Assembly (NCBI GenBank): GCA_013265495.1
Contig: MU058584.1
Span: forward strand, 2,918,508 to 2,982,507
DNA length: 64,000 nucleotides
Reading direction: 5' to 3'
DNA from: Vicugna vicugna
Lineage: Eukaryota
Shown: one piece after another, positions 13,214 to 25,990 of the stretch
Layout: every line of letters starts with the position of its first letter
Numbering within the stretch: position 1 is the first letter of the stretch
Made by a program: the position numbers and the translations under genes
The notes under the pieces: generated by a model
Seen by the model: only the letters and a program-made list of their open reading frames with translations
The model's database searches: none
Told to the model about the DNA's origin: nothing

Positions 13214-13575
13214 GTGAGGGCTTGGTTGGGGGTGGGGAAGAGGATGCGATAGCATAAGAGGAACGGGTGCCAGGAAAGGCGAAGTCAAAAGATGGTCAGG
13301 ATGGGAGAAAAATCTGGGTGAAGCTGATTGAAAGCTTTCTTATTGCTTTGCAAGATCCATCCTTGGGTTGACTGGAGAGGCAGTAAGGATCAGTAGGAAA
13401 GGTTCTAGAATAACCATCCAAGGAGCTCAGTTCTGCTCCTACTCAGCACTTACTACTTGGCTGCCCTTAGGAAAGTCACAGTTACTCTGAGCCTCAGTTT
13501 TCTGATCCACAAAGTGGAGACAATAATATTACCAAACAGAGTTGTCATGTCAACATAAAAGGATATGCATAGGGA

Positions 13576-13741
13576 GGGGGGAGGGTATAGCTCAGTGGTA
13601 GAGCGCATGCTTAGTGTGCACAAGGTCATGGGTTCCAACCCCAGTACCTCTGTTAAATAAAAATAAAAATAATAATAATAAATAAACCTAATTACTACCC
13701 CCCAAAAGAAACAAAATAAATTAAAATAAATAAATAAAATA
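13576..13741 (+). mobile_element. tRNA-derived camelid SINE (Vic-1-like) inserted in a MIR
   Basis: GGGGAGGGTATAGCTCAGTGGTAGAGCGCATG...; TSD-like gatatgcat on both sides. Confidence 0.9.
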
Positions 13742-14792
13742 AATGATATGCATGGAAATGATAAAGTACTGTAGCTGCAATATAACAAAGTAGTACACGG
13801 ACCCTGAATTCCATGGGTAAATTATTTTAATCTCTTTAATTCAGTGACTGAATTTTTCCCAGATCTAAAAGTCAATTCAGTCATAGCCAGTAGAAAATCC
13901 AATAGTGTGATATATAAAAGGGAGCGTTCAACAAAGATGCAAAGAGTGGCACATGAGCCACCTGGACACTCATGAGAGAGGGAGGAGAGGAGAGGGCTTC
14001 TGATGCTCACTTTGTCTTCAGATGCTAACCTCGCAGGGAGGGAGAACGGCATGAATGGGTGGAGAGTGGGCCACTGGTGCCCACTGTGTCAAGCCGGGAG
14101 ATGCCAATTTTACAGGCAGACTCTCAACTCATACCTGGTAGGTTTCCAAGCCAGTTGCTGCCACTCTATCCCCTGTCCCCACCCCTCTGCCGTGGTCCCT
14201 GGGGCACTCCGCTGCCTCATTCCCTCTTCTTTTCAGTGACTTTACTGTCCCGCCCTCATCCTTCAACCCTCTCACTCCACCAATGTCACTGTCATCCAGG
14301 GAAGTCAGAGCTTCAGAGAAACATGAAATAACCCCTCACAGAGAGCCTGGGGCCTCTGAGATAATAAAACCCTACCAGAACCCCTTCTTCTCTGCCTCTC
14401 CTGGGTGTTTGTTTTGAAAATATTTTCATGCATCAGCTTCACAAATGTCCTGCTGAAGTTTCCACATGAGGTCCTGCCCGTGTGGCAATATTCTAGAAAG
14501 GTTCCTGACCAGAATGACAGACTTTAAGGGGAACTGGGGGAGAGGGAGCTGGGTGGTGGCGGCAAGTGAAAACGTGCCCTCCTGGCTTTCCAGTGGGCGT
14601 GTCTTGAAATGTCGCCCAGGCAGGGGCTGGGCTATGGTGCGGCAGGCGAGGCTCCTCGCATGCAGAACTGAAGGTGGCACTGAGAGTGAGTGTCTCCTTA
14701 AATTTTGCACCCCAGGCACCTGGCCATGCTGCCAGGTACTTCAGCTTGAGTTAGAATAAATCAAAAGGAACTAACTTTGTCAGACCATCTTC

Positions 14793-15080
14793 TCTTTTTT
14801 TTTCATTGAAGTATAGTTGATTTACAATGTTGTGTTAATTTTGGATGTACCTTAAAGTGATTAGGAGATAGGTAGATACATAGATAAATAGATATTCTTT
14901 TTCAGATTCATTCTATTATAGGTTATTACAGGATGTTGAATATAGCTCCCTGTGTTAAACAGTCCATCCTTGTTGTTTATCTAGTTTATCTATAGTAGTG
15001 TGTATCTGTTAATCCCAAACTCCTAATTTATCCCTCCCCACCCCCTTTCTCCTTTGTTAACCATAAGTTTATTTTCTATA
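14793..15080 (-). mobile_element. L1 3' UTR fragment
   Basis: polyT followed by attgaagtatagttgatttacaatgttgtgttaa, the reverse complement of the L1 3' end seen at ~48.2 kb. Confidence 0.85.
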
Positions 15081-16477
15081 AGACCATCTTATTAACAGTA
15101 CTAATCATAATACAGGAACAGTTTCTTGGGTAGCTTGACTCACCTCTCCAGAGATAATGTCTTCTACTTTTCTCAATGACTGGTGCTGTGGTGGTTTCTA
15201 GAAAGCTCTCTAAAAGAAGGTCAGTATTAATCATTCTCATGCACTAAACGTGGTACCCAAATGGGACTCTCCCTGTCATTCTTCCTGTAACTAGCCCACG
15301 GAAGAGGATCATTTTCTCTTGCCCCCTCCCCACCATACACACATTTTCCTTGAACAGAAACCACCAATTTGCCAGGAAGACTCCCTACCTAGCTGAAAAG
15401 GGTGAAGTGGCTTCTTCCCCAGTCCCTTAGCCTACCACTTCACCTGCCATCAAATCTCCCTTAATCAGAATTTTGCTTTATACAACTTTTATAAAGTTGT
15501 ATCCTCTCAGAATTTTCAGGTGAATTACCTTGGACTCCTTGACTCCATTCAACCCAGGATCGAATAGCATTATAAACCGAGTCTGTTTCACTGGATGTTT
15601 TCAAAAACATCAGAAGAGGGTGTCTATCTTGTCAAGCCCATAAGCTCTTGAATGAAGAGCATGTCTTTTGAGGCAGACAAAGTTCTCATCCACTGGCCAG
15701 TGGGACCACCCTTGCCGACACATGAATGCCTCCCTCCCCCACCTCCACCCTGGCAATTGCTAATCTGCTCATCCCCCTCTGCTCGTCCCCCTCTGCTGTT
15801 TTGTGGCCTAGAGGAAACTTCTCAGGCCACTTGATGCAGAAATATGGTCTCATTGCTCCAGTTCACTATAATTATCTCTTAAAAACATCCCTGAGCCCAA
15901 GGCCAGGCTTAGAACAACCCATCTTTGTATAGAGCTTTGCAGCTACTGAATTTTCTTCATACATTCTGTCTCATTTTCTTTACTGAGTTTCACACCAACC
16001 CTTAAATTTTGTGCCTAGGACTGTGGAAGAGGCTAAGATGGGTATTTTTACCCCTACCCTATGGTTGAAAAGATAGACTGATCCACCCAAAATCACACAG
16101 CTACTAAATGGGGAGAAAATGGTTTGACGTTCTCTGATTTCAAATTCAGGTCTTTTTCCATGTGACTACCATCTCTTAAATCCTCAAGTTACATAATAAC
16201 TATGATCCAATAAGTTACTTTGTTTAGAAACTTAAATTGTGTTATAAGCATATGGCCATAGCATCTAAATTTCAGCTTTACTTCCTATCTGGCTACACCT
16301 GGAACTCACACAAAGTTATTTTCATTGGATAATAAGCCCAAGCCATCATAAACTCATTATAACATGCCTGCACTTCCCTTGCAAATCAATTGCACCCCAA
16401 TCTATCCAAACTCTAAAATAGACCTAATCTCAGTGTTCACTCGCCTTTGCATCTTATTCAGTCTGGTTCTCCCTTCC

Positions 16478-16720
16478 CGTACACGCACAACCACAAACAT
16501 ACACATAAACATACATGCAAACACACATACATACTTACACATATACAAACACACAGCTATATCCCACATATATACCATACATATATACACACCTCCTCAC
16601 ATACACACTCACCCACATATTACATATGCATAACGTGCATGCACACATAAATGTGTAGCTACACACGGAAGACATATGAACTGACACACATATGCATAAA
16701 GCTGAACACACACACACAGT
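16478..16720 (+). repeat. Degenerate (CA/TA)n low-complexity tract
   Basis: Read directly. Other microsatellites: (GATA/GACA)n ~8969-9010, (CA)n 33913-33969 and 44308-44328, (TG)n 47800-47828, GA-rich 43390-43550 and 59525-59625. Confidence 0.9.
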
Positions 16721-19159
16721 AAAATTCATTAGATACTTCTCTACCTTTTAGCCAGACCTCAACATAATGGATAATATTTGTTTCGTGATGATTCAAGTCT
16801 CGTTAGGTCGAAATATCTTTGCTATTGACACTCTAGTTGAACTTTCAACCTTAAGCCTATCTATTAGACCACATTTTCTATCAAAATGGTCATCTTTGGC
16901 ATGTTCTAGAATGGAACCTACGCATCTCTTCCTCATGCGTCCAAATTTCAGGGTATATGAAGAATTTGTATGAAATAAACCAAATAACCTTGTTGGTTAT
17001 AAAGGAGACCCCAGCTCAAAGATGGGTTTCATTTTAGACCCAGGGAGATACTAAATCTTAGTACTGGGGGATTTGACCTGTGGTTCAGTATTGAGCTCAG
17101 GATGACAGCAGAATTCCAGCATGTAGATCCCTTGCAAAGTAAGGGACTCCCATGCTGCCACTCAGCTCATCCATTCATCCATTTAAATATTTATTGAGTG
17201 CTTACTATGTGCCAAACAAGCGCTCATGGAGGCAACCAGCCAAGAAGCCTGGGCTGTGTATGGAGACTCATATGACTGTGGATCCTCAGCACCATATGTG
17301 TCCCACGGTCCTGTCAGGCACAACAGAACTAACCCCACTGGACAGAGAGGGACAAAGGAGGTGAGCATGTGCCTATGGGGGTAGAGAAAGCACTTGGGAG
17401 AGTCTCAGCGGCAGGCAGTGAAGGACAGCCACCATGCGGGCAGGAAAGCCCAGTGTTTAGAGCTTAGGTTCTGGAGTGAAACAGATCTGGATTATAACCT
17501 TGGCCTTGCCATTAAGTATTTGTAGGATATTAGCTAAATTCTTAACCTCTCTGAACTTCAATGTCCTCATCTTTCAAAAAGGTAAAAACAATAGAACCAA
17601 TCTGTCTAGGGCTGTTATAAGGATGAAATGAGAACACTGATGAACTGCTAATCTGAACTGCCATTAGCGTTAAGCCTGGCACACCACAAGCCTTCATTAA
17701 ATGGAAGGCTGGCGGATGTAGGAAAGACACAGGGTACTAACAGAGTAGCCAACATCAGTTGGGTGGTCTTGTCCCAGTCACTGGGACAAGTGGCAGACTT
17801 CAGGAGAGCTCAGCCGTATTAGAGCACACGTATCCTGTCCAGGAGACGTGACTGTAGAGATGCACGTGGGGATATAGACAGGAGATGGGAAGGTGGCGAG
17901 CAGGTCCCAGGATTTTAATCCCTGAGAAAATGGGACAGAGGGAGTCCTGGAGGGAGCTGGATATTAGATGAGTTATGAATACCGACGTTCAAATCCTGGG
18001 GAACAAAACCAGAAGTCCAAATCAAAGCTTAGTCTCAGCCTGGGCCATGAGACTCAGGGCTGGTTCTTCCTGAGCCACCTGAACCTGGAACTGAAGTTCT
18101 ACCTTCCAGACAAGCCCCACCTGCAAGAAACAGGGGAGGATATGCAGACAGTTTTCAAGGGATGAGGGCAAGAAGGTCAGCTCGACTCTGGGGCAGACAT
18201 GGCCTTGGGAGAAAGGAGTCACCTTCATAGTGCCATCTTGTGATCTGAAGACTACCGAGCTGTACTTTTGCCCCAGTATCCCCCTATCTGCTGCCTACCA
18301 CTGGGCTAAAATTGGCCATTGGAGATTCACCTTTCTGGGTCCCAGAAAGTGCCCCCATCTTGAAGAGGATCATGAAAAAATACATAAGTTCCTGGATGGA
18401 ATAATGCAAGTGCCCCTAAGCTTTTATCAGCTTTCGTATCAGAGGAAGAGTGAATTCTTGAGAAATACAATTAGCTAAGATTAATTCTGCAACAGTGGGG
18501 AAACTTGAAGGAAGCTAAGGTCCGGGAAAGAAATGGAGAAGTCCTAAAATAAGACATGAGGGCATTAACATGTCCTTCCCTTATGTCACACTTTGGCTAA
18601 GTTCGCCCCTCCCCCCATAGAGGGGCTGCAGAGGAGGCTGAATGTTTTATTCCCCCTTTATTACCACAAGGCTACAGCCAATAGGAATGTCAAAACTTCC
18701 CTACATGGACAAGAGATTTGATGCTATTATCAAAGGTCTTCATCAAAGGAAGCTCTCCAATGATATACTCACCAGATGCACTGAAAACTGCCCAGTCCTC
18801 AAACAGTTCATGTATTCGCTTTCCAAACACAAAAACCACAGCTGAAATGGGGGTGGGTTAAAATGTGCTGGTTGCCAGGATGCTCCGATCAATACAGAGT
18901 TAAAACAGATCCACAGATTCCACTTCCTTTTTGGCTAAGGTCAGCAAATAGGAGGACTCATTCCCGGCCGGAACTGTAATTTTCCAGTCATTAATGCTAT
19001 TTGAAGGTGAGAATGGAAATTGAGTTCCTCCCGGGATAGAGCTCCCTAGTGGGACAGGGTCGAATGCCTCTGAAGATGCTCTCAAAACCTCACGCAGCTC
19101 TAAGCTCCTGGACAGAAAAAAACCTGGCCCCCTATCTCCCCTCCACCCTCAAAGTCCGG

Positions 19160-19370
19160 TCCAGCGCTATCCAACAGAAGTTTCTGCAGCAGCAGAAATG
19201 GTCTAAATCTGTGCTGTGCGAAACAGTCCCCACCAGCCACATGGGGCTGTTGATCTCTTAAAATTAGGCTAGTGTAACTGAGGGAGTAAAATTTTAATTT
19301 TATGTCATTTCAATTCATTTAAATAGCCACCTGTACGGGTTATAGCCACCATATTGGTCAGGGAAGCCTT
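19160..19370. mobile_element. MER3-like hAT-Charlie MITE
   Basis: cagcgctatccaacagaagtttctgc...gctagtgtaactgagg...gccaccatattgg. Confidence 0.75.
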
Positions 19371-22300
19371 TTAACATAGGGTGCTTCAGCTGAGACTTTA
19401 GAATCTAACCTCCTCACTGGTAAGTGGATTTAGAGCGAAGCCCAGCATGAAGATCCTCTGACATCCATGTCCAGTGTTTTTTCCCTCCTGCCGTGATATT
19501 TCCTTACTGTCAAGCACACCATAGTCCATTCAACGCTGAAACATTTAATGTATGTTCCCTATGTGCCCAACATTGTATTATAATGCTGGGATGCTTTGTC
19601 GCAGGGAAAGAAGTCATAATTCCTGTCTTTAATAAGACAAGCTAGGGATTCAAGAGAGAGAAAATGCAGTTGAAAGCCGGGAAGCCCTGCCCTGATCCCA
19701 GCAATGCCAGGGTGTGGTTCGGGGCAAGTCACTTTCCTCTCTGAATCTCACTTTTCTCTGAAATCAGGGGAAAAGATTAGATACTCTGTAAGACCCTTTT
19801 AGCCAGCATCTAAATAGAAGATAAGGTGCCCTTGAATGAGCTAAGAGGAGAGCAGGGGTCGGCAGATGAGTAGGTCCATGACAGGTCAGTGCCGAGGTGC
19901 AGGGGCTCCTAGAGATGCGGGCTATGGTCACGTAATTAGGAAATACAACCTCTAACTCCTGCCCTCTGCCACCTCCTGTCTTAAGCACCCTCTGCTGGAC
20001 CAGAACAATGCTTGCAGCCCCCTGCCCCCAGGACTCAGTGCCCTGAGCTTTCCTCCCAGGCCTGGTCTGCTCCACCTGCGGTCCTTGAACTCTGATGAGC
20101 ATAAGAAGCCCAGGCTCCCTGTCCAGAGAGGATGACTCAGTGAGCTCCTGGTGCGTGTGCTCCTTAGGTCGCACTGAGAAACGCTATGACAATGGTCTGG
20201 GTTCTAGAGCTACAGTGGCTGCTCCAAATAGGGAATACATTGCTTTGCACTGAGGTGTTAATTGACTGATAATATTTTGATACGTCTCCCTCAAGGGGCA
20301 TTTGCAACCTGACTGGGAACAACCAGAAACAGTGAGAACTCAGAAAGTGACAGCTACTAGCATGGACATGGGGGTAGTCTCAGGACAGAGGGTCCCTCTC
20401 TGCCAGCTCTTAAGTTATGGTCCTTAAGCAGTCCTGCTTGAGCCCGACGAGGGGGCCCAAGAGGAGACTGGGCAGGAGTGCCGCCGAGGCAGGGGGACAA
20501 AGCCACTCGGGGACATCTGCAGGGAGCAGATGGACTGGGTCATGTGCTGTCTCAGGTCCAAGTCATTCTGAGGGCATTTTGAGCAGAGAACATCTTAGTT
20601 TCATTCTGAGGCTGTTTCATCATGTATTCAAGGGATGTAATGGGATAATGGCCCCATTTCAATCCACCAAGTACAAAGTCATCCACAACTGTGCCAAAAC
20701 TTAGATTTCCAGAATGAATTCAGGTCCTCACACTCTTGCACTATTAATGCTGACCCATCTCCTCCATCAGAGAAATTGCAGTAAAGACCAGATGCCAAAA
20801 AAGGGAGCAGCTGGGCAGCAGACATTTCCAAGGCTGTCAACTGCTCTATTAACATGTCTCTCCAACCTTATCACGAACACTGTGGTCTTACGGCTCCCTC
20901 CTGCTGAGAGCCAGAGGAGCAGCCTCATGAGGGCAGTGAGGGAGCTGAGAGGGGTGCATCTGGGTCAGTGATTCCCTAAACCATCCAGAAAATTTGAGAA
21001 GGGATGGGGATAGCAAAGATGTGTGGTTTGGGAAGGATCCTGGGTGATTCTCACACCTCTCACACCTCTCTAGGTCAGCCCAGTTGGAATCCCTGATAGT
21101 GGGTGATGCAAAGTTCCCTCAAGTTCAGAAATGCCAGACCTCCATGCATGACCCATCTGGTCATCCAACACCACTCGGACCTCTGGAAGGAGGCAGTGCA
21201 AGGCTGGCCAGAGCAGCCAACCCTGATTTCCTCATCTCTAGAGATGAAGAATTCCCCAACCTAAAAGTAAGCCAGCAAAGGGTGGAGGCAGATAGGAAGA
21301 GAAAGAGAAGTACAACCATGGGGGCCTCTGAATGATTTTCTAGAGGGCATTCAGGGTATCCCGAGAAGTTTTGGAAGGCAGGCAAGTTGGATACAGCACT
21401 AGGAGGCTCCTGTAGGCACACAGGCAACAGAGGATGGCAGCCAATAGCAGCGGTGCAGATGAAGAGGTCAGACAGGTCAGAAGGAACTGTTTAGAAGGTA
21501 GAAGCAACGGGACTTGGGGCTGAACTAGACCCTCTCATAGTTCCCTGTACACCCTTTGTGACTTCTGGCACAATTCTCAGTAATTAACACATTTGTATTA
21601 ATTTAATGTTTGTCTTCCCTGATAGACAGGAAGGTCTTAATAAGAGCAAAGAGCAGGTCTGAATCTTCAGAAAGATTCAGACACAGAGAAAATGCTCAGT
21701 AAATACTGAGTGAATAAAAAATAAATGAAATGTGTAAAATAAAGGAAAGGAGAAAATCGAGTATAACTCCCAAGGTGTTGGCTTGGACAACTGCGGGTTT
21801 TCGCTCAGAGGAAGGGCGGTGAGGAGGATAGGGAAGAAGCCAGGTCCTGTCTTGAACGTGTTGAGTGGGAGGTCTTTGTGCACCAGTAGGCATTTGGATG
21901 TTCTGACCTGAAATTCAAAATAGAGGATAAAATATATGTTTGGATAGCATCAGCTGACTGGCAATCAGCAAAACCGAACAAAGGATGAGATCAGCCAGGG
22001 AAAGAATTTAGCATGAAAAAGTACCAGGACAAGGACAGAAGCTTTGGGGAATGCCAACATATTAAAAGATCAAGAAGAACAGAGAACTGAATGGAGTAAG
22101 GGGATCAACAATGGAAATATGACCCAGGGCTATGTGGGCTTTCCAGACAGAGGAGAGAGCAAGTGCAAAGGCCCTGGGGTGGAATGAGCTCAACGTAGTA
22201 GGTGGTGAGTATGGCTGAGGCAGAGTGAAACCAAGATCAGAAATGAGATAAAAATATCAGTCAGAGGCCAGATCATACAGGACCTACAGACCATGAGAGG

Positions 22301-23287
22301 CTTTTGATTCTATTCTAAACATGACAGGAAGTCATGAAAGGGTTGTGAGCCAGAAAATGACATGACCTATGAAGTATATACATGGCTTCCCCAGCGAGAT
22401 GGAGGGAGGCTGTGGGGAAAGCAGGGACACGAGTCAGGAGGCCATGAGAGTTCAGGCAAGAAAGGATGGGGGCTTGGCCCAGGGTAATGGTCCAGAAGAT
22501 GAGAAGAGGTAAGAATGGGGATATATTTTGAGGGTAGGACTAACAGGATTGGCTTCTGGGTTGAATTACAGGATATGAAAAAGGAAGGAAAGAGGACTTC
22601 CAAGTTTCTGCCTGGGGGACTGGTGAATGGTGCTGCCCTTCCACTACAGAGCTCTTCAAAATTGCCTGTTATCCATGAGGACAATTGTCCACTATCTGGA
22701 TTTTTCTGAGAAGATGGGTAGCTATTCAGCAGGTCCAGCTCTTGGCCAAGCTGAAAGCAAAACAGAGTTTGCCATTAGCTTCCAAGAACTGCCTGGTACC
22801 ATCCCCTAGGCTTGCCGTGCAGCTGGCTCCCTTCCCCTATTAAACCTGCTCAAGAAAGCCAGTAGCAGGGGTTCCCCAGGGTAGGGCTTAAGTCATTGGC
22901 TTCTTTTCCAGAGGCTTTTACACTTTAAGCCTTATTTTATCAGTGGAATGAAAGGTTCTATCTCCTGCTGACAGAATTCCGGGTACTGACAAGCACATAA
23001 GACTGCAACAGGAGGAAAAGATCTTGCTCTAAATTTGCCCATATATACAAAACCACTTATACAAAAGCCCAGTCCTTAGCCTAAAGCACAGGGATAATCA
23101 GGTCAAACTTGCTGGATTTCAAGGTCGTTCCTGTAATGTTCCAAGAGTCTATGAGTCAGGTTTAACCTTTACCAAAATATGAACTATTTATCCAAGGGGG
23201 AAAAAATTGTATCAGGTAAGAACTGTACTGCCAAAGCCCAAATCACCCAAATCTTTAAGGTTTTTAAGATGCCAAGGATGCTTTAGA

Positions 23288-23506
23288 CCAGGAGTCAGCA
23301 CATGCTTTCTATAAGAAGCCAGATAGTAAATATTTTAGGCTTTGTGGGTCTTTGTTGCAACTATTCACTGTGTCATTTGTAGCATGAACGCAGCCATAGG
23401 AAATACGTAAATGAATGGGCATGGCTGTGTTCCAACAAAACTTTATTTACAAAAGCAGGCGGCAGGATGGATTTGGTCCATGGGTTGTAGTATGCTGAAC
23501 CCTTGC
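23288..23506. mobile_element. MER58A-like hAT-Charlie MITE
   Basis: caggagtcagca...ccagatagtaaatattttaggctttgtggg...ggctgtgttccaacaaaactttatttacaaaa...tgctgaacccttg. Confidence 0.85.
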
Positions 23507-25045
23507 CTATGCCATCAAGGGAAGACAGCTGGGTGACAAGGAAAAGGAGCTCCAGTAGGCAAAGGTAGAAGCCGAGGCCAGGACTAGAACTGCTCAGAGG
23601 ACCATGCCTGAGGGTCTGAGAAGCTGGCCTTGCTGGCCAGTTGGCTTTGGTGCCGTTGGACTGTTACATGGTCCAATCTAGTTTCCCCTCTAGGGAGCCA
23701 TCTACTCTGGGCCACCTATGATACAGCAGAATATAATAGTGATCCCTTCGAATTCCAATCAGGATCCAGTCCTAAATAAGAAAGACCAAAAACAAGAGCG
23801 TTTAAGAACTGCTATATGAGATCAGATTAGTAACTCACGCATCCCCTCCTGTATGCATTCAACAGACATATACTGAGCCTCCATTGTGTGTGAGGCACCA
23901 GGGGTACAAAGGTGGACAAACAGGGTCTCTGCTCTCAAACAATTCTCAAACAGGAACCGGGGGGGTGGTAATAACTACCTCTGACATCATGCCTGAAGGA
24001 CTTGCATCCTCACGGCCATCCCATCTACACTTACACTCACTTCCTTCTCTGCAGTCTCAGAGGGCAGAAGAGGTGCCCTTTCCCAGCTCAAGGCTTACCC
24101 CTCCATTTGGTCCTGGAGACCGTCTACTCCTGCCCCCTCCAGGACTTCACACCCCTCCGCTCGCTGAGTCCTCCCCAAACTCTCACTAGGTAAGCAGGGA
24201 GCGGTATTAAGCCTGGTATAGAGTAGTCCAAGGTGGCCCAAGGCCAGCTGGCCCATCCACGGTCTTCTATCTCCCCAGGTTCCCTCTCCTCCCACTGATA
24301 ATTACATTGACCTCAAAGGATATTAATAACAAATAATACTTAATTCCTTCAACATATTTTGAGCTCTAGTATGTATTAAGCACTATTCTAGATGTTGGGG
24401 ACACAAGAAAGAATACTGGGCTCAAGCTGGTTTTCTGAAGGGAAGGCATCCTGGGTTCCTACACTAACAGGTGTTGTTCTGGGCCCCAGAAACTCTTGCT
24501 TCTCCGTGCATTTGATTTTGGCAGATGGTTTTTCCACCTAGGAGCAACATGCCACATGTGGAACTAAATATGCGGGTAGTTTATTTTTCCTTAGGAACTA
24601 TTTGCGGGAAGAATTTAAACATTAATGATACCTGTAATTGTACCTGGGCACTTTAACTGGGGCAGGTGCCCTGCACCCTTGAAGTAGAGCTGAGGAAGGG
24701 ATAATATGGGGCTTAGTCACCTGATTGTAATGTGAATGAAAGTCTTGGGATTGTGCAGTACACAGCATATACAACAGTACCTGGTAGCATTTTGTCAGAA
24801 GCAAGGAGATCAAGAAAGCCAAAGAAGGAATAATTGATGAACAATTTATTAATTCTGTAGCATGAGAAAAATTAAAACTACTTAGTGGGGTGGTCAAATT
24901 GGAGTTTAATTTTGTAAAGCACCTTATACAGTGCCTAGCACATATCAGACACTCCAGGATAAGCAGATGAGGCTATAAACTCTAAAATCATCATACCAGA
25001 CTAGGAAAAGAATGTATGACTAACAAGCTAAAGAAAAAGAAATGA

Positions 25046-25180
25046 GGGGGAAGGGCTCAAGTGGAAGAGCATGTGTTTAGCATGTATGAGGTCCTGGGTT
25101 CAATCCCCAGTACCTCCATTAAAAAAATTAAAATAAAAAAAAACAAAAAAGACCTAAAATTCTAAAGTAAATAAAAATTT
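25046..25180 (+). mobile_element. tRNA-derived camelid SINE (Vic-1-like), adjacent to an L1 fragment
   Basis: GAGGTCCTGGGTTCAATCCCCAGTACCTCC followed by an A-rich tail. Confidence 0.8.
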
Positions 25181-25189
25181 AAAGTGGGA

Positions 25190-25990
25190 CAAATGGAAAA
25201 CAAACAGTTAATCCAAAGTCTAACATTAAATGTTAATGGACTGATTAAAATACAAAGTTTGCTAGGTTGGATGAAGAACAAAACCCAGTTACATCCTGCT
25301 TACAAAAATGTACATTAAATATAAGAACATAGAAAACTTAAGAGTAAAAGAATGGGAAAAAATACACAATGCAAACACTAACTAAAAGAAATTTGGTGCA
25401 GCCATACTAATGTCATCAAACAAAGTAGTCTTTAAGGCAAGGGCATTACTAGAGATAATGAGCAATATTGATCAATGAGGAAAGGGTCAATGTACCAGGA
25501 AGAAGTAACAGTTATAACTTTGTATGCATCTAATAACACAGCTTCAAAATCTGTAAAGCAAAACTTAACAGAACTATGCGGAGAGGTAGACAAGTACACA
25601 ATCATAACTGGTGACTTTAACAAACTTCCCCAGTAGCTAATAGACAAGAAATAGGCTAATAGTAACTGAGACAACAGTTTTGAAAAAATCAATAAAATCA
25701 ACAAAAAATCAAAAAAGATAAAAAGTTGATAAAGATATAAATAGTCAATAGAGACAAAGATCTGTATAAAACTGTTCCCTAATTGACATACACAGAACAA
25801 TGTACTCAAAGGCAGAACACATTTTTTTCAGTGCACATGCAAGAATTCCTAAAATTGACTTTCTGCTCAGCCATAAAGCAAATTCTCAATAAATTTCAAA
25901 GGACTGAAATCACAAAGAGTATGTCTCTGACCGCAGTAGAATTGAACTAGAATTACTAGAAAACCCCCAAATATTTAAAAATTAATTCAG
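25190..25990 (+). mobile_element. Degenerate L1 ORF2 endonuclease-region fragment
   Basis: LNVNG-like start (ttaaatgttaatgga), LYASN (ttgtatgcatctaat) and IITGDFN (atcataactggtgactttaac) motifs; A-rich. Confidence 0.85.

Larger units (their letters stand above)
8627..24854 (-). pseudogene. Decayed multi-exon BTB/BACK-domain gene, antisense to and interleaved with LRRC52
   Basis: Exon candidates: 24854-24721, 22750-~22650, 19107-18773 (donor GTGAGT), 18456-18331, ~16965-16745, 15664-15529, 15209-15144 (donor GTGAGT), 14521-14376, ~10840-10720, 8876-8627 (donor GTGAGT). The chain from 19107 to 15144 is phase-1 compatible if one frameshift is allowed in each of two exons. Peptides: KITVPAGNESSYLLTLAKKEVESVDLF*LCID (BTB end-like), FTLPLIRKLIKA*GHLHYSIQELMYFF, ETNIIHYVEVWLK, SSDV..TSSETDSVYNAIRSWV (BACK-like). 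Confidence 0.55.

Noticed and set aside
13214..13257. C-terminal extension of the 221-aa ORF (EGLVGGGEEDAIA)
   Set aside because: Read-through into the intron past the canonical GTGAG donor.
17768..17790. Perfect 11-bp inverted repeat (also a near-palindrome at ~15480-15502)
   Set aside because: Too short for a miRNA hairpin, isolated, and without supporting context.
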